NCBI GenBank assembly: GCA_001724265.1
Contig: MEDY01000021.1
Location: 62,001 to 126,000 of the forward strand
Length of the DNA stretch: 64,000 bases
Direction: 5' to 3'
From: Rhizaria sp. SCN 62-66
Lineage: Eukaryota
Part shown: positions 49,601 to 58,400 of the stretch, in pieces
Layout: each line of letters starts with the position of its first letter
Position numbering within the stretch: position 1 is the stretch's first letter
Program-made: the position numbers and the translations under genes
The notes under the pieces: generated by a model
The model's database searches: none
What the model saw: only the letters and a program-made list of their open reading frames with translations
What the model was told of the DNA's origin: nothing

Positions 49601-49746
49601 TGTACATGTACGTGACGAATGCATCGCTCTCGTTCCTTTTCGGACTCATTTTGTATGCATGCTTTGAGCGTCCCGTGCGCGCGCTGTACACACATTTTGA
49701 GATGGACAGCCTAGTGCGCGGCGCCACGGAACAACCGGCGACGTAA
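43627..49746 (+). CDS. NRF-6-like O-acyltransferase (NRF domain + acyltransferase-3 membrane domain) with very large insertions (~2039 aa; start could be 43627, 43666 or 43711)
   Basis: Signal-like hydrophobic stretch; NRF motifs GDLGDHALC and GLCLPRSC; AT3 motifs LHGMRVLAVLW, ALDVMLVLSGF, RRLSRVYP, QPWTRACPFLVG, PISRVSFSAYL, FERP. Confidence 0.85.
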   Translation: MVPARRAGLQARRMGLHDCIGARLLVTAMMLATAVLLFLTSCASAASDTALGTSLPVTTLAALNASAARAPLRPLNLSAMFPSLQHASLLGPMPLGEALAALHLDDDADGDTSADLTFPSACDDDFAKFLNLVPPYSGIAGTRMSSSIGQSFGDLGDHALCTTVDVARYAWVSFTLLPMSQAVHLSLGLCLPRSCNSRTIPNAVAVFVGDRTGTKLTPDDLVAYVPHMGRFSRPLAAQGLMLLWCLLTPVLLATLIHVAQLRRWWTCCPRSCATAARRSDTDSASGDAAGAAGYVTASAAAAAAAAAARQEMLLYAPRATAVHGGRAGASASAGVVSTSGSVLVGGAAPSYSVPAAPVSTVSVPSSLAAAAAAAAVAAAGAGAGAGAGLGGVGVAGALAGPGGAAGTSLLSRPLQPSAAAAVVGAGATSSLWATTSNDNEDDVTGLAAYRERYTDRYSDRYNDRYSDRYSDRYSDRYSNGGSAAAAHGGYGSTAGGSDAVSPSYRSSHMLPALLDGPHVASTVAGSSSSASSSSSGNGGNVHSHAYGHGAVGAGAGVGGAPGGAGGLGGALTGAGMPTVTVLGGAGAGLVPGVGVTGAMPMHVRGGAFGDVSQHNYQYSRPHTSGHGHGPHGGSLYRAGSAAAGNDDDYSGFDSRPVSSTDPRALDIFDAHLQRNKEQEQQQIMLHHDHEKHLRGAQLHPSPAQNELALASTASPAMSSSLSVPVSDSATVTVTGAGYVPPNPWSTPPVAGSVASSTGNALAKDGATSASSWLNAGPIAATASGGYPQSISGNGSTTGAGSNAGTGTTAGTGETQYARLLDSDSDLQRMHAGRSDLTGDVTANGTAPSRGALRGGNRDGANCDEHARLGNDRQLGPAPEGCLFVDPSRPPLWPVTIFSLVSSFAHAFADHVVSARALPAHGATLGRATYAEPLDLHPLLRGPFVSPLLLSLSLTNTGVAAAAASDPIIRLLDVHTSGAPLTARTYLSALHWLNTRDPRSFALAPERDVAVANATALKKADELAAAAAAAAAAAATAAAAAAEAAAAAAATSPNGSGGSYSNFNGNNGSGNAGQSYRQEPSVTSAQVRAQQLALAIGYIQAYVQGCVQPDQQQQQQQDQQQQQNQGNYGEFSGVELESGQPPAGAAVAVGDVTNGSINESFVQHGNGYNNNNNNAGYYGVPVTDNINSHQFHRLSGSSDGSSNNGWYANNNNNNNIVSTNEAHSGVLSDANVNINGLTFPSNVTPAATASHKSALTVSGASGTSYGVALPPLFPPSPPAATESGLLPCGLTSLSAVCGAEQEHLLLASTTVASSAAAGRAVPAAHYTGVSSSAVAGSGQRALVGLGTAATGGIAGGVRSVGAHGDDAYGSNDWYVHEPATVRCGSGAGDIGDVNTDYDDDDDEEGGDNGESRRLRPGFGARSQLLKRRRPNYMRLLFGTVPPVLQASPLRALHGMRVLAVLWSFLGMSTMFLYVFTKNQVYFEYGMEHHISFQLSASAHFALDVMLVLSGFMLLHSHLVRVERRQRNPLLWAVLRRLSRVYPVLAITVLVWTAMYDSFSGGPLWVLATTMINRCSRPWLVLAMAGNLPICNQYDYFPEKGTIGRGTFADGCMRWLAPVSLLIQLSILSLPLISLWQRFPRAGVAVMSSIAVASAIAAGVSIAVFEASPNLIDEVEYARYLAHVFLQPWTRACPFLVGMLACIVYDHLHRRRIDLIHTAALARVIGAPAVAAHAAILRIAAAAPYGQVMSPAHSPDLLALQFPGLYHASLAAAAATETSLDAYTASARRVLRDVVGGLAQWGQWDPASAAAHGISGIHGSALTGSAGAPVTPTDDGGSAGIGGGAAGAVENRSLKARRKMLARRGKSAFLDVRLCGFELPFNLVYSVLHVSGWLVATTIAFAPVAAYLSDSGWTREQWITFEVLARPIFALAIGAIVLVLCLGHGGWVQSMLSLRALRPISRVSFSAYLVFPFVVIFNYATNGALHYYSPLYGMYMYVTNASLSFLFGLILYACFERPVRALYTHFEMDSLVRGATEQPAT
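44989..45060 (+). repeat. 12-bp minisatellite, 6 copies of GACCGGTAYARY, encoding (DRYS/N)6
   Basis: gaccggtacagc gaccggtataac gaccggtacagt gaccggtacagt gaccggtatagt gaccggtacagc. Confidence 0.95.
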
Positions 49747-50237
49747 TATTGTTGTGTGTGTCGATGTGATCACTTTATTCTATGCATTCTTAATCTCAGG
49801 AATGTATTGGGATGTTTCAGACTACTCATCGTTGGTAGACTCACTGAAAAACTTAACTTCAATGTGACCCTATGATATCATGACCACCCCAACAATAATG
49901 TTCTTTCTTTTCTGATAACTAGTCTTTTTCCTCCCTGGCATCGTATGTTTTGTGGTCTCGCACATCAGTTTGTCACTATACCCAGTGTTTGTAGTTTTAC
50001 CCCAATAATCCTTTTGTTCCATAGCCTAATCCTTATCCTTTGATTTCAGTTACTTTTAATTCCTATCTATCATGAACTGTTCAAATCTCGTGTTTTTTTG
50101 TTTTGTTTTGCACTGTCTCGTCAACAGACATATTCGACAACAGAAATAATACATCTGATTCATATTCTGTCGATCCAGTGACGAGTCGAATTGGGGATTG
50201 TAACGGCAAGAGAGTAACGGATGTACGCAGTGTTCGT

Positions 50238-51824
50238 TCAACCGTCGTCACTGCCAGCATCGGCTGCAGCCACATTCGACGCCGCACGCACCGCACTCGC
50301 TGCAGTCGCGCTCGCACTCGCGGTGTTGGGCTGGTGCGTCAACAGTCCTGCCACAGCAGACTGTTGCGACTGGAACGGTTGCTGTTGCTGCAGCACACCC
50401 ATCGCACCGAGCGTATTCATCGCGCCGATCGAAGTTAAGCCACCGACCGTGTTCATCCCGGTCATGTTATTCATGCCGAGCCCCATGCCGAGCCCCGACG
50501 CGCCACCCATCATGCCCATGCCGTTCAGACCCATATGCGGGTTCATGCCACCCAGGCCTCCCATCGGCATCGGCAGAGCGCCGGCGCCGAATCCGCCGCC
50601 GACGCCGCCGAGCCCGCCGGCACCAAGCAGCTGCTGCTGCGTCTGCTGGTGCTGCTGCTGCAGCAGCTGCTGCTGTTGCGCGGTAAGCCCCGACGGCATG
50701 GCGCCCGTCGCGTTGGCCGCCGCCGCCGCGGCCTCGGCAACTTGCTGCTGGCGACGCGCCGCGTCGCGCGCGAGCTTATAGAAGAAGTACCCGACGCCGC
50801 CGAGCAGCACGTACACCCACGCGTTGTCGAGCAGCCCGCTGCGCTGCTGCTGCAGCTGGTGCTGCGCGAGCGCGGCCGCACCGGGCCCGCCAGCGGGCGC
50901 CCAGCGCAGGGCCGTGTCGTCGAGCGCGTCGCGCCACGCGTCGTGGAACTCAAACGGCTGCGAGCCCTGCACGGAGCGGCGCAGCAGGGTAAAAACATAC
51001 CGCGCGAGCTTGGTGAGCATGCGCAGGGAGAGGAGCGCGCCGACTGCGTAAGCCGCCCACCACCAACGGCTCGCGGGCGGCACGGCGGCTGCCGCATGCA
51101 TGCTCGCACTCGCATTCAGCGAAGCGGGCTCGTCGCCGCCCGCGGCATGCGCCTTCGCGTGGGACTGCGACGGCTGGGGCTGCGCGAGCGCAGCCAGTGT
51201 GGCGGACACCGACGCCGGCACGGGGACGCGGAGGAACCGGTGTAGCAGCACGCGCAGCAGCAGGAGCAGCCGGCGCAGGACGCGTGGCACCGGGGGCGCG
51301 GGCAACCAACGCGACGACTCGGCCAATGACGGGCTCGCCTTGCCGCCAGACTCGCTGCCGTCGTTGTTCGCGGACGCCGCGTCGCCTGAGGCTGAACCTG
51401 CGACAGCGGCTGCTGCTGCCTCTGCTGCCGCGGCCGCGGCGGCCTCTTGCGGGGACTGCGGAATGGGCGCCGTGCTTTGGCGGAGCAGTACAAGCGACTG
51501 AAGGAGCTGAAACGCGCTCTGGAAGGTCATCGTGACGCTCTGCATCGACATCTGCACGAGATTCGAGATACGGCCAGAAGTCATGATGTAGCTCTCCAAG
51601 TTGCCAAGAATGCCAGGTCCGCCAGCGCCGACGCCGTACCCGCCGCCATAGGCGCCGTAGCCGCCAACACCACCGAGCCCTCCCATGCCGCCGAGGCCGC
51701 CAAGGCCGCCGAGTGAGGAGGAGTAGGGCGAGAGGCCGGCGCCGCCGTAGGCGTCGTAGCCGCCGTAGCCGCCGCCGTAGGAGCCGTAGCCGCCGCCGAA
51801 GGAGCCGTAGCCGCCGGAGTACAT
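50238..51824 (-). CDS. Peroxin-13-like protein with YG-rich N-terminus and hydrophobic segments, no SH3 (528 aa)
   Basis: YGG repeats followed by the amphipathic segment LESYIMTSGRISNLVQMSMQSVTMTFQSAFQLL, as in PEX13 cores. TM-like WWWAAYAVGALLSL and WVYVLLGGVGYFFY. Confidence 0.6.
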   Translation of the reverse strand: MYSGGYGSFGGGYGSYGGGYGGYDAYGGAGLSPYSSSLGGLGGLGGMGGLGGVGGYGAYGGGYGVGAGGPGILGNLESYIMTSGRISNLVQMSMQSVTMTFQSAFQLLQSLVLLRQSTAPIPQSPQEAAAAAAAEAAAAAVAGSASGDAASANNDGSESGGKASPSLAESSRWLPAPPVPRVLRRLLLLLRVLLHRFLRVPVPASVSATLAALAQPQPSQSHAKAHAAGGDEPASLNASASMHAAAAVPPASRWWWAAYAVGALLSLRMLTKLARYVFTLLRRSVQGSQPFEFHDAWRDALDDTALRWAPAGGPGAAALAQHQLQQQRSGLLDNAWVYVLLGGVGYFFYKLARDAARRQQQVAEAAAAAANATGAMPSGLTAQQQQLLQQQHQQTQQQLLGAGGLGGVGGGFGAGALPMPMGGLGGMNPHMGLNGMGMMGGASGLGMGLGMNNMTGMNTVGGLTSIGAMNTLGAMGVLQQQQPFQSQQSAVAGLLTHQPNTASASATAASAVRAASNVAAADAGSDDG

Positions 51825-52414
51825 GGCGTGGGGGCGCTGAAGCGCCAGAGACGGGTGTGGCCGCGAGGCGAGGGGGTGGGTTAAGGTGAGAGGGAGTCGC
51901 TGGGGTGTAGAGAAGCGCTGTTTGCTGTGACTAGGAGTTGAAGTGCTGCATCAGAGATCGGGAGAAAAAACAACAAGATATCAGTGGTTAAATCGTCATG
52001 TAGGCTCAATATAGCAATATAACAAATGCTCGTATTGATTGAGTCAGGAGTCAAAATAATACATTTATATGTCTTTGTTACGATGTGAATCGCAGCAAGA
52101 ACGTGTTGTCCCGAGTCGACGACTCGGTCGACGAGAAAAAGATTTTTCGGCCCTCGATCAAGAGGCGGATGCAAAAACGAGCAGATCTCCCGAGCCAATT
52201 TGGGCCTTGCACTTCGACCGACATACACGACGCAACGTTCAGTTTAGGCGTCTGGTTATAATTTGCTCAGTTATGGATCCGCATTTTTGATTGTGGCACG
52301 TGTTTCCTTTATCTCACGGCGATCCCGCATTTGCACATTTCCCCTTGTTGTTTTATCTTCATAGTCCACGCGCCGCTGCCTTTGTGCGCTACGACCCCCC
52401 AGAACAGTGTCGAC

Positions 52415-55400
52415 ATGTCTTCTCAGGACAAGGGAGACGTGCGCGATGCTGCGCAACGCAAAACATTCACGCGCTGGCTTAACTTGCACCTCCGCAAAGC
52501 CAATGGCGGCCCTATCACGATCACAGACATGAAGGAGGACTACAAGAGCGGAGTGGTCCTCGTCAAGCTCGCGGAGGTGCTCTGCGGCAAGACCCTGAAG
52601 TACTCCGCGAAGCCCTCCGGGTCTATTCAGTGTGTGGCGAACCTTGCTATTGCTCTTAAGGCTTTTGCTGAAGACGGTGTCCCTCTGCACAACATCCACG
52701 CCGCGACTATTGAGAAGGGCGATGAGAAGATTTCGATGGGTCTGACATGGCAGCTTATCCTCTTCTACCAGGTCATCACCAGCCACGTTGAGGCCGAGGT
52801 CACCGCCACGGAGCGCTCCTCCACGCCCGGCACCCCCAAGGCCCCGCGCACTCCGGCTGCGATCAAGGACCGCCAGCGCAAGTTCGCCACGACCTTCAAC
52901 ATGAACGACTTCAAGTCGCAGCTTCTGCTCTTCGTCAACAAGAGCGTCTCTACGATCCCTTCGCAGCACTCCGCCGCGCTCTCCGGCTTTGCAGACTCCT
53001 CCGCGGCCCCGCAGCGCGTGCTCTGCGAGGACTGGAGCCAGTCCTGGCGTTCCGGTCTCGTTCTCGCGCACCTCGTCGCCGCTCTCGACGCGCAGCACCG
53101 CGCCGGCGTTTCCTCCGCGCCCGACGCCGCCGCCACGCTGGCGACCGCACAGGAGACCGCCGTGGCCGAGCTTCTCTCCGCCGCGGCCTCGCGCCCCGAT
53201 GCGTCGTCGTCACCGGCGCTCGCACTCGCGTCTGCCGCTATTGCGCGCGCCGAGGCCAAGCTGCAGGTACCCCCACTCGTCGACGCCTCCGATCTCATTG
53301 GCGGCGCTGACACGCAGGCGCTGCTCGCGTACATTTCGTACTTCAAGACCGCCGAGGCTAACTCGCCGCGCAACGACGAGAAGAAGAGCGAAGGCGAGAA
53401 GGACAAGGCCGACGCCGCCGCCGCGCCGTCGCTGCTCACGGTCGACGAAGACGACGACGACGTGCCGACTCTCTCCGCGCCTCCCGCGCTGCAGACCCCA
53501 CACGCGCTGGAGCCCACGCCGCGCAACTCGGTTCCCAAGCCGGCCCTCGTGGTGGACCAGACCGAGGTCGACACCGCGTTCGACGAAGTGGGCTTCCTGC
53601 GCCGCGAGATCGCCGCCCGCAACGAGCCCGCGGTGGAGACGCAAATTGCGCTTCTCCGCGAAGAGCTCGTCACCGTGCGCGCCGCGCTCGACGCGCTGCC
53701 GCCCGCGGCGCGCGAGGGCGGGCCGCAGGGCAAGCGCTGGGGCGAACACCTCAAGCGGCTGGACACGGACATCGGCGTGCTGGAGAACGAGCGCGTGAAG
53801 CGTGAGGAGCGCGCCGAGCGCCGGCGCAACGCGCGCAGTGGCGTCGACGCCGCGGACACGCTCCAGGACGAGGAGGAGGACGAGGACTTTTACGACGAAG
53901 ACGAGGACGAGGACGGATTCGGTCATGATATTTACCAGAAAGACGAGCGTGTCGCGCGTGAGGCGCAACAGATGGCGTCCGCGTCCAACGACGCCGCGAT
54001 GGAGGCCTCGCGCGTTGCCGTCGAAGCCGTTGAGGCCGCCGAGAAGGCCAACGCGGAGCGCGACGCTGCGCAGGAGCAGCTCACGGTAGCCGAGCGCGAG
54101 CTCGACGAGTTGCGCCGCAAGATGGAAGAGATGAAGAAGAAGCAGACGCAGATGGAGGAACAGACTAAGCAGGCCGTGGACGAGAAAACCGCTGCCGAGG
54201 CCGCTGCGCGCGAGAATGAGCAGCGCACGGCCGAGCTTAAGAAGGAGCTCGCCGCTGCCAAGCTCGCTTCCCTTGCGACTTCTGAGAAGGAGCACGAGAC
54301 TAACAAGAGCGTCACCAAGAAGACCGAGGAGCTCTCGAAGCAGCTCGCCGACGAGCGCGCCCGCGCCGCCGAAGAGAAGGAGCGCGCCGACAAGGCCGAG
54401 GCTGACCGTGACGCGACTAAGGAGCAGCTCAAGAACGAGCAGCTCTCGCGCAAGCTCGCCGAGGAAGCCGCTGCCAAGGAGGCTGCCGACGCCGCCGCGG
54501 CGCGCGAGGAGGCCAAGAAGGAGCAGGAGCGCACACAGGCGCGCGCCGAAGCTGCCGAGACCGAGCGCGAGAAGCTCCGCAAGGAGTTGAGTGAAACCTC
54601 CGTCAAGGAGGCCGGCGCCGCGCAGAAGGGCAAGGAGCTCGACAAGCAGTCCAAGGACCTGGAACGCCAACTCAAGGCCGAGGAGGCCAAGTCCGAGGCG
54701 GCCCGCAAGGAGGCTGAGAAGCAGGCTAAGGCGCTTGAGACCGCGACTGCGCGTGAGAAGGCTGCTGCGGACAAGGCGAGTGCAGCGGAAAAGAAGCAAA
54801 AGGAGACGGACGAGAAGGTCGTTGCACTGCAGAAGGAGCTCGCGGCCGAGAAGGCCAAGGCCGAGGCTGCTGAGGGCAAGGTTGACTCGCTCTCCAGCTC
54901 GCAGACGCAGCGCGAGGCCAAGGCCGCCGAGGTCGAGAAGCGTGTCCGCGAGCTCGAGACCGAGGCAGAGAAGGCCGCGCAGCGCGAGAAGGAGCTCGCA
55001 TCCCGCGCTGAGAGCGCCGAGACGGAGCGCGAGAAGCTGCGCAAGGAGCTCTCTGAGACCTCGGTCAAGGAGGCCGGAGCGTCGCAGAAGAGCAAGGAGC
55101 AGAGCAAGCAGATCAAAGAGCTCGAGGACAAGTACAAGGCCGAGCAAGCCAAGCACGAGACAACGCGCAAGGACGCCGACAAGAAGGCCAAGGCTCTGGA
55201 GGCCGCCACTGTGCGCGAGAAGGCCGCTGCGGATAAGGCTACCGCGTCCGAGAAGAAACAAAAGGAGACCGACGACAAGGTTGTCGCTCTCCAGAAGGAG
55301 CTCGCTGCGGAGAAGGCCAAGGCCGAGGCCGCGGAGGGCAAGGCGGCGTCACTGTCAACCACGCAGTCTGAGCGCGACAAGCAGGCCGAGGCCACTGCCA

Positions 55401-58400
55401 AGAAGTTGCGCGAGCACGAGGCCGAGGCTGAGAAGGCTGCGCAGCGCGAGAAGGAGCTCACCGCGCGCGCCGAGGCCGCCGAGAAGGAGCGCGAGACCAT
55501 CCGCAAGGAGCTCTCTGAGGTGATTGTCAAGGAGGCCGGTAGCTCTCAGAAGAGCAAGGAGCACCACAAGCAGGTCAAGGAGCTCGAGAAGCAGCTCAAG
55601 GCGGAGCAGGCCAAGCACGAGGCCGCGCGCGAGGAGCTCGTCAAGGCCGAGAAGGCCGCTGAGGCCGCCGACGGCCGCGAGAAGTCCACCGCCGAGCGTC
55701 TCACCGCTGGCTCCAAGAAGCAGCAGGAGACGGATGCGCAGGTGCTGACGCTGCAGAGCGAGCTCGCCGCCGAGCGCGCCAAGGCTGAGGCGGCCGAGGG
55801 CCAGGCGACGTCGCTCGCCACGACGCAGACGCAGCGCGACGCCGAGGCCGCGGCGACTGAGAAGCGTCTGCGCGACCTCGAGAAGCAGCTCGCCGACGCC
55901 GAACGCCGCGAGAAGGACGCCGTTGCGCGCGCTGAAGCCTCCGAGGCCGAGTCTGCGGACAAGGGCGCCCAGCTGCAGTCACAGGCGGCGCGCGAGCAAG
56001 AGCAGGCGAAGGCCGCTAAGGAGCTCTCGCGCCAGCTTGCCGAGGCCGTTGCGGCGACTGCGGCCGAGAAGACGCGCGCCGACAAGGCTGACGAGCGCGC
56101 CGAGCAGCAGTCGGAGAAGCTGCAGAGCAAGAACAAGGAGCTGAGCGAGAAGAACAAGGAGCTCGTCAAGACCAGCAAGGAGGCCGTTGCCACCGCGGCC
56201 ACGGACCGTGCGCGCGCCGAGACGGCCGAGCGCGTCGCCTCCGAGAACGAAGCCGCGCTCGCCAAGGCGCAGGCCGAGCTCGCTGCCCGCCAGGCCGCGC
56301 TCGACAAGGCCACCAGCGACGCCGCCGCGAAACAGAAGGCGCTTGACAAGGCGGAGGCTGAGCGCGCCAAGCAGGCCGCGGACCGCAAGGAGCTCTCCGG
56401 CTCCAAGTCTGGGCTCGAGAAGCGCGTTGCCGAGCTCGTCGCACTCTTGGCTGCCGAGAAGGCCCGTGGCGACAAGGCCGAGAGCGGCGTCGCGGCCAAG
56501 GAGGACGAACTTGCCCGTCTCCGCGCCGCGGTTGCGGAGCAGAAGACCGCGCTCGACAAGGCCGAGGAGGACCGCGCTGCGCATGACGCCGCAGCCGCTA
56601 GTGCTGCACACAAGTACGACGAGCTTAAGACTGCCAGCGAGGTCGCCGCGATCGAGTCCGCTGCGCGCGCCGCCCGTGTCTCCGCGCTTGAGGAGGAGCT
56701 CGCCGAGGCGCGCAAGCTGGCCGCTGAGGAGGCCGCGCGCGCGCAGAAGCTCGAGGACGAGTCGAGCGCGCGCGACGGCACTGCGAAGGAGCTCCAAGGC
56801 AAGGAGCGCGCGCTTGCGCAGCAGGTTGCGCGTCTCGAGAAAGACCTCGCCGCCGCGCAGCGCACGAGCGAGACCGAACGCGCGCGTGCCGAGGAGGCCG
56901 AGCGTGTCTGCGAGCAGCGCGCTGAGCAGGTCAAGACTCTTGAGACCAGCGAGGCCACGCTTACCAAGTCTAGCAAGGCCACTGAGCAGCAGCTCGCGGC
57001 AACGCAGCGCGACCTGCAGCGCGAGCAAGAGCGCGCCGACAAGGCCGAGGCTGAGGCGGCGCAGACTGCCGATGCGGGCCGCGAGGCCGCTGTGCGCGAG
57101 GCTGCGCTCACCAAGGCTCTGCGCGAGCTTGAGCGTGTTTCCGCTGAGCAGCAGAGCGCTGTGCAGGAGTCCTCCGCGCGCGCCGCGACTGCAGAGGCCG
57201 AGGCCCAGCGCGCCGAGGCCGCTGCTGCTGAGGCCCGCGAGGCCGAGACCGCGACGGCCGCAGCGTTGCGCGAGAGCGAGCGTCAGCTGGCCGAGGCGAA
57301 CAAGGCCAGCACTGCGCGCCAGCAGCGCGTTGAGACTCTGCAGGCCGAGACCGCGGCGCTCGAGGCGCGCGTGGAGGAGCTCGAGAGCACCAACAAGGAC
57401 GCCAACAGCCGCGGCTCGTCCGCCAGCAAGCGCATCCGCGAGCTCGAGCGCGAGGCCGCCGAGGCGCTCAAGGCGCTGGAGGAGATCAAGGTCAAGAACG
57501 AGGCCAACGAGACGGCGCTGCGCGAGTCGCGTGTCGAGGCCGAGGACAACGCCGCCGCAGTCAAGGCTGCTGGGTTCAAGATCAAGGAGCTTGAGCGCAC
57601 GATCGTCGACAAGGAGCGCGCCCGCGCTGATGCTGCCGTTACTGCACAGCAGCACGCTGACCAGGCCGCCGCGGCCGACGCGCGCTCCGCTGTGACGCAA
57701 AAGCGCGCCGCAGACGCCGAGCTCAAGCTCGCCGAGACCCAGAAGGAACTCGCGAACGAAGTTGCTGAGCGCGCCGCCGCTGAGGCCACCGCGCAGCGTC
57801 TCAAGATTACCGCCGACAGCGTTGTCGAGAAGGAGGTCCGCCTCGCTGAGCTCGCCGCCGCTGTTGCCGCCGCCGAGCAGGCCACCGCGGCGACGCAGGT
57901 CGACCTCGAGCGCACGCGCAGCACCGTGCAGCAGCGCGACCTTGCCGCTGAGGCCGCCGCCTCGCGCATTGCTTCGCTCGAGGCCGCGCTGGAGGAGTCG
58001 CAGGCCACGCATGCTAAGGCCGCCCGCGAGGCGTCCGAGCATGAGGCCACCGCCGCCGCGCGTGCGAGCGAGGTTCGCCGTCTCGAAGCCGAGCTGGGCA
58101 AGTCCCAGCGCGCCGTGCAGACGCACGAGGAAGAGTGCGCCAAGCACTCGCACGAGCTGTCCGAGGCCAAGCATAAGGCCGCCGAGCACTCTGCCGCCAT
58201 GGTCCGTCTCACGGGGCAGGCCGAGGCGAGCAAGGCCGCCGCCACGCGCGCCGAGGCCGCTAAGGAGGCCGCCGAGGCTGAGCTGGCCAAGATGGTCCAG
58301 GACCTCGCCGAGCAGGAGGGCAAGGCCGGCGAGCAGTCGTCCGCACTCACGCGCACGCAGGCTGCGCTCGAGGCTGTGCGCGCCGTGCTCGCCCGCACCG

